IMG/VR virus record: IMGVR_UViG_3300031952_000004
Coordinates: 1-64,000 of that record
Direction: 5' to 3' (one strand)
Source of the DNA: a virus
Length of the DNA stretch: 64,000 nt
Shown one piece after another: positions 51,999 to 62,501 of the stretch. A program made the position numbers and the translations under genes. Every line of letters starts with the position of its first letter. The stretch's first letter is position 1. The notes under the pieces were generated by a model. That model was not told the DNA's origin. It made no database searches and was given only the letters and a program-made list of their open reading frames with translations.

Positions 51999-52575
51999 TC
52001 TCATTGAAGATATATTAATAACTACTGGAAGAGATGTGTTTCAATACGAATCTATAACTTCATCAAAGATTTTTACATTAACAGAAAGTAATATCTCTGT
52101 TTCTACAATAATAGTTTATAAAAATGGAATAGTTTGGGCAGGAACTAATTATTCTTATTCAACCACTACAGGAAAATTAACAGTAACGGGTACTTTAGTG
52201 GTAGGAGATTCATTAGAGATTATTTACTCATATTATGCTAAATATTCGGATAACGAATTAAGAGGATGGATTAGAGCAACATTATCTTATATTTCTGTAG
52301 AAAAATATAGAACATTTGTAGCAAAAAGTGATAATATAATTTTTCCTACTCCATCTGAACCTGAATCTAATTTAATAGCAGTTATTGCTGCAATTTTAAT
52401 AAAAGGAGATATAAGACAATATCGTACACCTGAAATAACTATTAATTTTGAACCTTCGGAATCTAAAGAAAAAAAGATTAGAAGAGCAGTTAGACAATTT
52501 AAAACTAGTTATGGAATTTTAGATTATGTTCAAATGGATAAAAAAATAGTAGAAGTAGTTGACCAAGATATTTAA
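51970..52575 (+). CDS. Putative head-tail adaptor
   Basis: IEKIRNLIED..YSDNEL pattern; gene order. Confidence 0.55.
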   Translation: MDTIIEKIRNLIEDILITTGRDVFQYESITSSKIFTLTESNISVSTIIVYKNGIVWAGTNYSYSTTTGKLTVTGTLVVGDSLEIIYSYYAKYSDNELRGWIRATLSYISVEKYRTFVAKSDNIIFPTPSEPESNLIAVIAAILIKGDIRQYRTPEITINFEPSESKEKKIRRAVRQFKTSYGILDYVQMDKKIVEVVDQDI

Positions 52576-52590
52576 TTAAGAAGGATTGCA

Positions 52591-52968
52591 ATGAATAAAA
52601 GAATAAATTTATTTGGTATTTTAAAAAATGAAAACAAACTCTCTACTTTACTAGTCTATTCTGCTCAGGAAGTAACATTAGACCCGTACGAACGAAACAC
52701 AGAAAAGAAATTTAACAATCCTTTACCAATTAAAGCATTGGTAAGGCAAATTTCTCAAGAATCTTTACGTTGGAAGTATTATGGTATGATTCCTTCAAAA
52801 TCGATTGAGGTCATAGCAGAATTAAAATATGAAACTTTATTTAAAACAGCAGATAAAATTAAATATAATGAAGAATATTATAAATGTTGGAAAGATGATA
52901 GTCAAAATTTTATGATAACTAAAAGAAACGATTACATTTTAGTTATATTAGGAATAAAAAATGATTAG
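52591..52968 (+). CDS. Putative head-closure protein
   Basis: Size and gene order. Confidence 0.5.
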   Translation: MNKRINLFGILKNENKLSTLLVYSAQEVTLDPYERNTEKKFNNPLPIKALVRQISQESLRWKYYGMIPSKSIEVIAELKYETLFKTADKIKYNEEYYKCWKDDSQNFMITKRNDYILVILGIKND

Positions 52969-53518
52969 AATAAGTATAGATTGGAAAGATGGTAAAAAAT
53001 TCGATAACTTAATTCGTTATATCGAGAATAATTTTCTTTATGCTCAAGCACAAGAAGGAATTAGAGTTTTAGGTCATCATACTGCAGATAAAATGAGACA
53101 AGTTATCGATTCTGAAAGAAAAAGACCAGATAAAGGAACTCATAAATTAGAAAATTCAATCACCGCAGAAACTTTAACTACTACAGGTGGAGTAGAAATA
53201 GGAATAGGTAGAATTTCTAAAATGACTGAAGAAGCACCTTATTGGGAAGTTTTAGATAGGGGCGGATATGTTCCAAATTATGGTAATTTAGTTCCTTTAG
53301 GAGCTTTTATTCCTGGAGAACCCATACCCAATCCAAAAAATTTTAGACAAGGAAATTGGGAAGTAGGAGAAGGAAAATATACTTTTAGAGCAACCAGACC
53401 AATCGAAGGAATTGATTATGTAGGAAAATCGATTCGCCATTTAGATTCTGAACTAAAAGAAATGATGTCTAAATTGGGTGCTAAGTTTATTGGTGATATG
53501 GAGAAATCTTCAAAATGA
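52961..53518 (+). CDS. Putative neck/tail-completion protein (HK97 gp10-like)
   Basis: T.KLENSI..APYW.VLDRG pattern; gene order. Confidence 0.55.
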   Translation: MIRISIDWKDGKKFDNLIRYIENNFLYAQAQEGIRVLGHHTADKMRQVIDSERKRPDKGTHKLENSITAETLTTTGGVEIGIGRISKMTEEAPYWEVLDRGGYVPNYGNLVPLGAFIPGEPIPNPKNFRQGNWEVGEGKYTFRATRPIEGIDYVGKSIRHLDSELKEMMSKLGAKFIGDMEKSSK

Positions 53519-54183
53519 AAACTTGTATAGATTGTGGAAAACAAATTTATCAATATAAAAATACTGAGAGATGTCGGTCTTGTTCTAAAAAAGGCAAAAG
53601 AAATATAAATTATATACATGGTAAAAGTTCAGAAAAGAATTATTGTATAGATTGTAATATTGAGATAAATTGGAAAAGTAAAAGATGTGCTTCTTGTGCA
53701 CAAAAAGGAGTATTACATTCTCATTATATAGATGGTAGATGTTCTAAAAAATATTATTGTAAAAATTGTAACTCATTAATAAATTATAAAACATTTAAAT
53801 ATGGTAAGCAAATGTGTTTATCTTGTGCAATTAAAGAAAGATTCAAGAATCCAAGAAATAATCCTAGATTTGGTAAACCAATTGCTAATGGAAAGAGAAT
53901 TTATTATAAAAATATTTGTTTCCGTTCTTCATGGGAAGTTGTTTATGCTAAGTATTTAGATAAACAAGGTATTAAATGGCAATACGAACCAAAAGCATTT
54001 GATTTAGGAAATTGTACATACAGACCAGATTTTTATTTATCAGAAACTGATACTTATATAGAAATAAAAGGTTTTTGGAGAAAAGATGCTTTAAAGAAAT
54101 TTAGATTATTTCAAAAACTATGCTCTAACATTAAAATAAAAGTATTAATGCAAAAAGATTTAATACGATTAGGAGTATTATAA
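53515..54183 (+). CDS. Zinc-finger plus PD-(D/E)XK homing-type endonuclease (paralog of 35004-35747)
   Basis: FRSSWE...YEP..YRPDFYL..IEIKGF. Confidence 0.8.
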   Translation: MKTCIDCGKQIYQYKNTERCRSCSKKGKRNINYIHGKSSEKNYCIDCNIEINWKSKRCASCAQKGVLHSHYIDGRCSKKYYCKNCNSLINYKTFKYGKQMCLSCAIKERFKNPRNNPRFGKPIANGKRIYYKNICFRSSWEVVYAKYLDKQGIKWQYEPKAFDLGNCTYRPDFYLSETDTYIEIKGFWRKDALKKFRLFQKLCSNIKIKVLMQKDLIRLGVL

Positions 54184-54650
54184 TGAGTTATCGTATAAGT
54201 CGTAATCTTGAAGCCAGCTTAATTGATTGGCTCACAGAAGAACTTGAAGATGCTGGCTGGACGGGCATCCGTATAGAGAAGGCTTTTGCAGAAATTTATC
54301 GTGGTACTTTACCAGCTATCTGTATTAATGTAATAGATATTTCTCCTGAAAAATTAGAAATAGGAAGTAAAACTAATCTTAAATATTTTACAGTAAATAT
54401 TAGAATTTTCGCTTTGAATGATGGACAAAGACTTGACCTTTCCGATTGGTTACTTGATTTATTAGAGGATGATATAAATTATTATTCTTATGTTATTACC
54501 AATGGTCAAGTTGCTTCTAAAGATTTAACAGGAAAAATAGTTATAAGAACAATTACAAGAATGGAAAAAGAATTAACCAATACTGAAGGATTAGCTAAAG
54601 AAGATAAATATAGACATCTTATTGAATTTATTTGTTTTGTAGCTAAATAG
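54183..54650 (+). CDS. Putative tail terminator
   Basis: LPAICI..V.I.IFA pattern; precedes the tail tube. Confidence 0.55.
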   Translation: MSYRISRNLEASLIDWLTEELEDAGWTGIRIEKAFAEIYRGTLPAICINVIDISPEKLEIGSKTNLKYFTVNIRIFALNDGQRLDLSDWLLDLLEDDINYYSYVITNGQVASKDLTGKIVIRTITRMEKELTNTEGLAKEDKYRHLIEFICFVAK

Positions 54651-54659
54651 GAGAATAAT

Positions 54660-54863
54660 ATGAATTGGTTAGCTAATTTAGGAATAGGATTTTCTATTAT
54701 TACAGCTATTATTAACGTTTCAGTTTTAATAGCAATGAAATTTAACGACTTACATCACGTTCAAAAAGATTTAGATGAAATAAAAGAAGATTTAAAATGT
54801 TTTAGAGATAAATTTATAAAATTAGATGAAAGAGTTGCTCATATTGAAGGAAAATTAGAATAA
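54660..54863 (+). CDS. Small TM plus coiled-coil protein (holin/anti-holin-like)
   Basis: One TM helix; ERVAHIEGK tail. Confidence 0.45.
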   Translation: MNWLANLGIGFSIITAIINVSVLIAMKFNDLHHVQKDLDEIKEDLKCFRDKFIKLDERVAHIEGKLE

Positions 54864-54981
54864 ATTAAAATAAAAAGATAAGTTTTTGTGAGGAAAATAG
54901 TAATAGTAAGTTGAGTAACAAATTCTGTAAAGAAGACAGAATGAAACCAAATCATTAACAAATCAAAGGAGGATTTAAAAG

Positions 54982-56202
54982 ATGATACCCAGTAAATTTT
55001 GTAAACCTAGAATATTCCCTGCAAATTCGGCAAGAGTGCCAGAACAGGTGGATAGGCTCCAGGACATCGGAATGGATTTAACGCTTAATAGAGAAAAACA
55101 GCATGAAATCGGTAGAGTTGGTATTTTAGCTTATAAGGAAGGAACTCCAGCATTAGCTTATTCGATGAGGCAATTTGAATTTGGCGATATGGCTCTTTGG
55201 TATGCTATGGCTAATAAAGCAGGAACTCCTAATTATGTTAGTTTAGATGATTTTAAAACCAATACTTTTGACATTGCTGCATTTTTAACAGATGATAACG
55301 ATACATTTAGAGGAACAATAGTTCTTCCTAAATTAAGAGTTAATGGATTTTCTATTAATATCGGAGACCCAGATGCTATAGTTGAAAGAAATTTTGATTT
55401 AGTTGGCGAAGATAAAAAATTATTAGACGAAAAATATTATGCTTATGATTCGTTAGCAGTAATAGATGCAGACCCAATACAAACATTAACATTAGACCCA
55501 GTAGCTGTGGAATATGCAACTGGAAAATTTGTTTCTAAAGTTTTAAGAGTAAGAGCAGGAGCAGTTAGTGAATTGGAAGAAGATGCTACTTCTACCTATG
55601 ATGCAAATACTTGGAGATACTCTGCAGGTGCTGTAATTGTTCAAACATGTGAAAATAGTGATTTAATAAAAGTTTATTATGTTTCTTCAACTGCTTATGA
55701 TACACTTTGGACAGACCATAATGAACCAAGTTATTCTAACTTTTTATTGGCAGATTCTTGTACAATTCTTATGAAAGTAGGTGTTGGAGATGCTGCAAAA
55801 ATTTACCGTTTACAATCTGTAGGAACGGATATTGCTTTTGAAAGAGCTGATTATAAAGAAATAGGTAATAGTGAAATAGTTCTTCGTGGTTCTAAAACAG
55901 AAACTGTAATAATCGCATTAAATAAATTTGCTGAAGATTTAACTCTTGAAAGAATCTTAGCAGGCGGTGGTACAGATGTTTTAATCGACCCTAGAGATTT
56001 TGTTGACACTATTCAACTTAGAATAGAAGTTTATGAAGATAAAACAAAAGAAACATTTAAAATTGGTTATTTAATGACAGGACTTACCCCCACTACATTA
56101 GGTACAACTCAGGCGGTAGAAGATTATCAAGTAAGAACAACTAATTTGGAAGGGGCTAACTGTAAAATATCTCATTTAATAGCTCAATTAGCCTGGTTAT
56201 AA
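54982..56202 (+). CDS. Putative major tail tube protein
   Basis: Strong AGGAGG SD, downstream hairpin, gene order. Confidence 0.6.
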   Translation: MIPSKFCKPRIFPANSARVPEQVDRLQDIGMDLTLNREKQHEIGRVGILAYKEGTPALAYSMRQFEFGDMALWYAMANKAGTPNYVSLDDFKTNTFDIAAFLTDDNDTFRGTIVLPKLRVNGFSINIGDPDAIVERNFDLVGEDKKLLDEKYYAYDSLAVIDADPIQTLTLDPVAVEYATGKFVSKVLRVRAGAVSELEEDATSTYDANTWRYSAGAVIVQTCENSDLIKVYYVSSTAYDTLWTDHNEPSYSNFLLADSCTILMKVGVGDAAKIYRLQSVGTDIAFERADYKEIGNSEIVLRGSKTETVIIALNKFAEDLTLERILAGGGTDVLIDPRDFVDTIQLRIEVYEDKTKETFKIGYLMTGLTPTTLGTTQAVEDYQVRTTNLEGANCKISHLIAQLAWL

Positions 56203-56213
56203 AATAAATAAAG

Positions 56214-56245
56214 AAGGGAGGAGTCAATTTGCCTTCTCCCTTCCC
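56214..56245 (+). terminator. GC-rich hairpin after the tail-tube gene
   Basis: AAGGGAGGAG...CTTCTCCCTT. Confidence 0.5.
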
Positions 56246-56437
56246 AAAATACTTATCAAAGGTAGGTATTCTACAAAGGCTTTTCTCATTGAGCCAATAT
56301 TAATCAATGAGAATGTAAGGTAAGAGATAATGGATATAAAAGTAAGTAAAAAATTAATTATAATACACGCAGAGAGGAAACTAACGCCTATCGTATATGA
56401 AAGGTCTGTTTCCTCTTTTTTGCTTTATGGAGAATAG

Positions 56438-57166
56438 ATGCAATTTAAATTTTGCTCAGAATGTAAAACGAGAAAATCTATAAATCAATTTCATAAATGT
56501 ATTAGAGATGGAATATCTAGTTGGTGTAAAGAATGTTATAAAGAATATTATATATTGCATAAAGAAGAAATAAAGAAATATAAAGTGAAACATTATCAAA
56601 TTCATAAAGAAGAAATTAGAGAAAAACACAAAGAATATCAAAGGATTCATATAAAAGAAATTAAACAAAAGCACCACGACTATTGGTTAATAAACAAAAA
56701 ACAATTAAGACAAAAACAAATAAATTACAACATAACTAATCGAGATAAAATTAAGCAGTATCAACATAATTGGTATATAAAACATAAAGAAAAAATAATA
56801 AAACGACAAATCGATAATGAGAAAAGCAAATATAAAACAGATATTTGCTTTAGAATTTTAAAAAATTTAAGAGTCCGAATAAGATTGGCATTAAAAGGCA
56901 ATCTCAAATCCGAAATTACTATGAAGTTATTGGGTTGTAGTATTAAATTTTTTAGAAATTATTATGAATCTAAATTTACCAAAGGTATGTCTTGGACAAA
57001 AGTAATGAATGGAGAAATCCACTGCGACCATATCAAACCCTGTGCTTCGTTTGATTTATCTAAACCAAGCGAGCAAAAGAAATGTTTTAATTACACTAAT
57101 CTTCAACCTCTATGGGCAATTGATAATTTAAGAAAAAATAAGAAGGAATTTATATGCAGCCAATAA
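56438..57166 (+). CDS. HNH endonuclease (copy 4)
   Basis: IHCDHIKPCASFDL..CFNYTNLQPLWAIDN. Confidence 0.85.
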   Translation: MQFKFCSECKTRKSINQFHKCIRDGISSWCKECYKEYYILHKEEIKKYKVKHYQIHKEEIREKHKEYQRIHIKEIKQKHHDYWLINKKQLRQKQINYNITNRDKIKQYQHNWYIKHKEKIIKRQIDNEKSKYKTDICFRILKNLRVRIRLALKGNLKSEITMKLLGCSIKFFRNYYESKFTKGMSWTKVMNGEIHCDHIKPCASFDLSKPSEQKKCFNYTNLQPLWAIDNLRKNKKEFICSQ

Positions 57167-57387
57167 GTTTATTAACGAAGGGTTTAATTTCTCAAAAAGG
57201 AGAAATAATAAATAATTATTTCTTCCCATTTCAAATTTCTATAGATTATGGTGAAAAAATAATTAATGTGGAAGTCGAAGATAACGAATTATTTGTATTA
57301 ATAGAACAACCAGTATTAACAGTTCAGGCAGGACAAGAAAATATAGAAGTAACTTTAGACCAACCAGATATAACAGTAAAAGATTAA
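57154..57387 (+). CDS. Small virion hypothetical protein
   Basis: ORF track. Confidence 0.55.
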   Translation: MQPISLLTKGLISQKGEIINNYFFPFQISIDYGEKIINVEVEDNELFVLIEQPVLTVQAGQENIEVTLDQPDITVKD

Positions 57388-57398
57388 GGAGAAAAATA

Positions 57399-57728
57399 AT
57401 GAGAAATGATATTACTTTAAAGACAAAAGAGCAGAAGGTTCTGAGCTTCACTTACAAAGATAGTTCGGGAACAATTATTCCACTTACGGGATGCACATTT
57501 TCATTAGTAGTTGAGGATGCTGATGGAGTTGAAAAAATCACAAAAACTGATGCTTCATTTGATAAATCTCAAGTTGGAGTGGGTATTGTAAAGGTAACAT
57601 TTACTGTTACAGATTTAACTTTACCAGCAGGAGTATATACCTTAGAAATCAAAACTACGTTTACTACAGGGGAAATCGATAAATCGGTTTCCTTCGCAAT
57701 GAATTTGGTGCAAGCATTAACCGAATAA
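57399..57728 (+). CDS. BppU N-terminal/Ig-like virion protein
   Basis: PLTGCTF..GIVKVTFT..DL.LPAG.Y.LEI. Confidence 0.6.
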   Translation: MRNDITLKTKEQKVLSFTYKDSSGTIIPLTGCTFSLVVEDADGVEKITKTDASFDKSQVGVGIVKVTFTVTDLTLPAGVYTLEIKTTFTTGEIDKSVSFAMNLVQALTE

Positions 57729-57740
57729 AGAGGAGCAATC

Positions 57741-60053
57741 GTGATTCTTAAAAAAATACCTATAATTCTTGAGATTCCAGAGAATACTTGTCAAGTTAGT
57801 CCTAATTATACCGACAATATTCTTACTAAACAATTTTCAACTATTCAGGCTGCTATAGATTATGCAGTTAGCCAAAATCCATCTGAAAACGATGAGTGGA
57901 CAGTTTTAGTTGAAAATGGGATTTATAATGAACAAGTTATTATGGCAGAATATGTTGCTCTTAAAGGAAGAAATAAAGAAACATGTATAGTAGAAAGGGG
58001 TACTTTACCTCTTGTTTATAATGTAGATAATACAGTTATTAATACTATAACTTTTAGAGTTACAGATACAGATGGTAAATTTGCTTCTATAGATGGCGGT
58101 GGGTCTCAAATAGAAATACAAATCTATGATTGCTTTTTACAAGGTACAGGCGATGATAGGAATGTTTTAGAATTAGCAAATAATGTTAAGGCTTATTTAT
58201 ATGAAACAGAAGGAGATAATTGTGGTAGCGGTGATATAGGAAAAAAGATTATAACTTCTTTAGCAAGTGGTTCAAATATAGAACTTTATTTAGAAGCAGC
58301 ATACATCTGCGGTGGAATAACATGGGGTGGTGGAAATCTAATTATTTTTAACATAGAACTTTTAGACGATGCAACTCTGGACATTAATGGTGGCGATGTT
58401 AGATTAGATTATTTATGGATAGAAAATACAAGTACTTATGCTATAAAATTTAATACAACTGGAGAAGTGATATGTAAAAATCTTATTTTAGAAAGTGGTG
58501 GAGCCGAAAATACAATTCAATTTACTGCAGTTCCAAGTTATACTGAATTTACTTCTTGTTCAATTCAAAGTTCAGGACTTTATTCTATTTATGCTTTTAC
58601 TCTTATTTCTGAAGTAGTATTAGAGGCTTCATATTTAGAAAAACCAACTTATAATATTCAAACTCGAAATGTCTTTTTATATAGTCTAACCAAATTAGAA
58701 GCAGGAGATAGTGAAACTTTTACACATTCATCAGATAGTAAATATGCAAGATTAGTTCAGATTAGTAGAATTGGTTCTGCAAATTATACAGACATAGATT
58801 TTGATGAAGCAGATGAATCTTTATTTATTCAAGAAGATGCTACTAAAACTAATTTTATTGGTGGACAAGTACAATTAGCAGGAGATGCTACTTTTGTTTT
58901 GGATTCATCTGGTAATGGAAGAAATGGAGTTACTGTAAATAATCCATTATGGGTTGTAGGAAAATTAAATAATTGTTTACAATTTAATGGAACCAATCAA
59001 CAGGTAAATTGCGGAGATATAGCAAATTTTGAAAGAACACAACCATGTTCTTATGAATTTTGGTTTAATACTACTTCAGTAGATACAAGACTATTTCTTT
59101 CAAATATGGAAATGCCTACTCCTAAAGGTATGAGAATAGCTATGATGTCTGGAAATATTGACATTGGATTCTATAATTCTGGTAGTAATATTCTTAAAGT
59201 TCATACAAATTTAACCTTTAATAATGGTATATTTCATCATTGTATTATAACTTATAATGGTTCTTCTCTTGCTTCTGGTATAAAAATTTATGTGGATAAT
59301 GTTTTACAATCTATAATAATCGATAATAACAATTTAACTGCTACAATTTTGAATACTGCAACTTTTCGTATTGCAGGTAGAAGTGATTTGATTTATTTCT
59401 TTAATGGTAAAATAGACGAAGTAATAATTTATGATAGAGAATTAGATTCAGTCGAAGTTGCTAATAGATATAATGGTGGAACAGGAACAGAAACTTTATT
59501 TGGAACTGCTTATGCTCAGTATCATTTAAATGGTTCGGGTTACGATACTACTAAAGGTTGGTATGTAAGAACAAATATAAATCAAATAGATACATCTACT
59601 TGGTATACTATAGGACATATTAATATAACAGCAACAGTACCCACAAATACAAATATAAAATATTTAATTAGTGTAGACAATAAAGTAACATGGAAAAAAT
59701 GGACTGGAACAAATTGGGTTACAGTTTCTTTGGTAAATATAGATACACAAGGAAATACAGAAGCAGAAATAGAAGTATTAACAGATAGTGAATATGGATT
59801 ATTATTTGTTGCTGGAACTTTAGACATTGTAGCAAGTTTAAAAACAACAGATGCAACAGCAACTCCATCATTAAGTCAAATAGATGTTAATTATTTAGTA
59901 GGAAGTAGACATTTATGTTTTGATAATGATTTAATAATTGAATTTTTAGATGCTACCCATACAAAAATAACGAATACAATCAATCCCCCCGAAACTCTCT
60001 TTGGATTAAAAGTAAATATCTTCTTATGGGGGGGGGGCTATAGCGTAATATGA
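57741..60053 (+). CDS. Virion protein with beta-helix and LamG/concanavalin-like domain
   Basis: FSTIQAAID..G.Y.E; DSSGNGRNG..GK.NNCLQFNG..FNGKIDEV.IYDREL. Confidence 0.8.
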   Translation: MILKKIPIILEIPENTCQVSPNYTDNILTKQFSTIQAAIDYAVSQNPSENDEWTVLVENGIYNEQVIMAEYVALKGRNKETCIVERGTLPLVYNVDNTVINTITFRVTDTDGKFASIDGGGSQIEIQIYDCFLQGTGDDRNVLELANNVKAYLYETEGDNCGSGDIGKKIITSLASGSNIELYLEAAYICGGITWGGGNLIIFNIELLDDATLDINGGDVRLDYLWIENTSTYAIKFNTTGEVICKNLILESGGAENTIQFTAVPSYTEFTSCSIQSSGLYSIYAFTLISEVVLEASYLEKPTYNIQTRNVFLYSLTKLEAGDSETFTHSSDSKYARLVQISRIGSANYTDIDFDEADESLFIQEDATKTNFIGGQVQLAGDATFVLDSSGNGRNGVTVNNPLWVVGKLNNCLQFNGTNQQVNCGDIANFERTQPCSYEFWFNTTSVDTRLFLSNMEMPTPKGMRIAMMSGNIDIGFYNSGSNILKVHTNLTFNNGIFHHCIITYNGSSLASGIKIYVDNVLQSIIIDNNNLTATILNTATFRIAGRSDLIYFFNGKIDEVIIYDRELDSVEVANRYNGGTGTETLFGTAYAQYHLNGSGYDTTKGWYVRTNINQIDTSTWYTIGHINITATVPTNTNIKYLISVDNKVTWKKWTGTNWVTVSLVNIDTQGNTEAEIEVLTDSEYGLLFVAGTLDIVASLKTTDATATPSLSQIDVNYLVGSRHLCFDNDLIIEFLDATHTKITNTINPPETLFGLKVNIFLWGGGYSVI

Positions 60054-60526
60054 AAATACTTGTAAATAAAATAACTAATAAAATTATTGATTATGGAAAT
60101 GATGTTAGTCCATCTTCTGATAATGAATACGTTACAAATATTGCGTCCGACCTTTCAATATGGCAGGGTAGTAAAATTTTTTATAATTCTGTAAGAAGAA
60201 CTTTTGAAAAAGGAGATGGATTTCAAAGTTGGAATAATACTACTAGAATAGAACATCCAGTTGAAGATTTAATTGGTTACAATACAGAAAAAAATAGAAT
60301 AGAATTTTATATAAAAGAATTAGATAAATGGCTTTATTTATGGAGTGAATTTATTGCAATAACAGAAATACCTACTATACCTTATTTCTTAGAAGATTTT
60401 GAAACAGGATGGTTAGTAGAAGGTACATTTAATAATATATTTGATGAATTATTCGAAACAGAATGGTTTATAGATAATTTTTTTACAGGATTATTTGCTG
60501 AAAATTTTCAGGGAATAGATTGGTAA
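60050..60526 (+). CDS. Virion hypothetical protein
   Basis: ORF track; E.FE..W repeats at C-terminus. Confidence 0.55.
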   Translation: MKILVNKITNKIIDYGNDVSPSSDNEYVTNIASDLSIWQGSKIFYNSVRRTFEKGDGFQSWNNTTRIEHPVEDLIGYNTEKNRIEFYIKELDKWLYLWSEFIAITEIPTIPYFLEDFETGWLVEGTFNNIFDELFETEWFIDNFFTGLFAENFQGIDW

Positions 60527-60546
60527 ATTAAAAAAGGAGATTAAAA

Positions 60547-61068
60547 ATGAAATCAGATTGGACTATTACAGGAACAGGTGGTCAAGCAGTAATTGATGAA
60601 GGTGGTTCTAAAAGATGTCAATTGACTGCACAAAAAACGATGTTATGGAATGGTAGAAATAATTTACTTAATGCAGAAATAATTGGGCAAATTAAAGTTG
60701 GTAGTAATGCTAATTATGCTGGGGGTTTTCTTTTAAGATGTGATAGTTCATGCAATAATGCTTATAATTTAAGAGTTTCTGCAAATGGTTCGGTAAAAAT
60801 TTATTATATATATCGAATATTAAATGGAGTATGGACATCCTTAGCAATTTCAAATTCGTCTGAACAATATGGAGTATATACCAAAGTAAGATTTAGAGTA
60901 GATGGAAATCAAATTTCAGTAGAAGAATGGATTACTGGAGTATGGAATTTAATACAGTTAGTTACAGATAATTATGTAACCGTTGCTGGATATGCAGGAT
61001 TAAGAGGAGATAGTTCAGCAGGTTATAGTGTACAATTTGATAATATTGAGGTTAATGAGAAGGCATAA
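60547..61068 (+). CDS. Concanavalin-like beta-sandwich protein
   Basis: GYAGLRG..VQFDNIEV C-terminus. Confidence 0.6.
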   Translation: MKSDWTITGTGGQAVIDEGGSKRCQLTAQKTMLWNGRNNLLNAEIIGQIKVGSNANYAGGFLLRCDSSCNNAYNLRVSANGSVKIYYIYRILNGVWTSLAISNSSEQYGVYTKVRFRVDGNQISVEEWITGVWNLIQLVTDNYVTVAGYAGLRGDSSAGYSVQFDNIEVNEKA

Positions 61069-61265
61069 AATGGAAAAAATATATTGTTCGATACATAATC
61101 TTAATATTAATATTTATTCAAAAGAAGAAGAGGATTTATTTGTAGATGATAATGAACAGGAATCAGTTATTTTTGATAATGGAATTAATAAATATTTAAA
61201 AAGATTTACCATAAATCTTTGTGATGAAAATTGTTTAACCATAAGACAGATTTTAGAAGAATAAA

Positions 61266-62219
61266 ATGATAACTCTATATAAAAATATAGCATATAAACT
61301 TGAATTAGTGGTGCTAGATAACGATGGTAAATTTACTCCTGGACTTACTGTAACATATGAGATTAGAAAATGTTCAGATGATTCTTTATTTGCTTCAGGA
61401 ACAATGTCTGAGACATCTTCAGTTTATTATGTAGATGTTACTTTTACAGTAAATGCAGAATATAAAGTTAAATATGTTACTCCTGTTGGTTATGAAAATG
61501 GATTTGAGGAAATTTTAGTAGAAAATAATTTAGCCAATCAAGTTTGGGATGCATTAACCGCAGAACATACTTTATCTAATACTTTTGGGTACATGTTCAT
61601 TCACATAAATTCTACAGTTGCAGCAATAAATAGTTTATTAGAAAGTGTTTCTAGTACATTAAATACTGTAGAATATTATTGTGAAAATATGGCAGACATT
61701 ATTTGGAGTAATTCAACAAGAACATTAACTTCATTTGGAACATTAGTTGCAAGTATTTGGTCATATGGAACTCGTACTTTGACATCTTATGGAACTTTAG
61801 TTAGCGACATTTCTACAGCAGTTTGGGGAGCAACAACAAGAACACTTACATCTTTTGGTACGTTAATTGCAGACATTTGGAATTATGTTACTCGTACAAT
61901 AACTTCTGGAGGAATAACTGCTGCGGAAGTTTGGACATATATTACTAGAACTTTAACCGCAGGAACCAAAGATTCAGAAATAGATGCAATAAAAACTCAA
62001 ACTGATAAAATTCCTAGAATTTTAGGATTATCTATGGAGAATCACAGAATTTTTTCTCCAGTTTATGATAGTAATAATTGTTTAACTTCTGCGACAATAA
62101 AAATTTATCCTACTAAGGCAGATGTTTTAGCTGACACAAATTCAATAGCAATCTATGCGATGGTAGCAACGTTTGACGTAGATGGAAAATGTTTAACCTA
62201 CAGAATGACGAAGGAATAA
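61266..62219 (+). CDS. Virion protein with W-x3-TRT(L/I)T repeats
   Basis: Five W...TRT(L/I)T units. Confidence 0.65.
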   Translation: MITLYKNIAYKLELVVLDNDGKFTPGLTVTYEIRKCSDDSLFASGTMSETSSVYYVDVTFTVNAEYKVKYVTPVGYENGFEEILVENNLANQVWDALTAEHTLSNTFGYMFIHINSTVAAINSLLESVSSTLNTVEYYCENMADIIWSNSTRTLTSFGTLVASIWSYGTRTLTSYGTLVSDISTAVWGATTRTLTSFGTLIADIWNYVTRTITSGGITAAEVWTYITRTLTAGTKDSEIDAIKTQTDKIPRILGLSMENHRIFSPVYDSNNCLTSATIKIYPTKADVLADTNSIAIYAMVATFDVDGKCLTYRMTKE

Positions 62220-62222
62220 AAA

Positions 62223-62498
62223 ATGGATGAATTTAAATCGATTATAGATTATATTGTTCAACAAGAATCAAGAAAAACAGTTGGCATCCTCTTAAAAAGA
62301 ATAGAATTATCAGTAGAATTAGCTAAAAAAGAAAATAGAGATTATCTAACTTTTCAAGAAGTTGAAGGATTAAAATCTCAAATAAAAGAGGCGACCTATG
62401 AGGCATATAGGAATATAAGAGATTTTTTAAATACTGGTAAAATTATACTTGTAAATGCAAATGAACAAAAACGTAAGGAAAACCTAAAAAAGGAGTAA
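62223..62498 (+). CDS. Hypothetical protein
   Basis: ORF track. Confidence 0.55.
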   Translation: MDEFKSIIDYIVQQESRKTVGILLKRIELSVELAKKENRDYLTFQEVEGLKSQIKEATYEAYRNIRDFLNTGKIILVNANEQKRKENLKKE

Positions 62499-62501
62499 GG
62501 A

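Noticed and set aside
56246-57166. Group I intron around the HNH gene
   Set aside because: Hairpins are present but the flanking genes look complete and I could not identify the P7 core or split exons
60028-60037. G10 homopolymer as a phase-variable gene fusion switch
   Set aside because: Gaining or losing one G hits a stop within a few codons, so only the last residues change and no fusion forms
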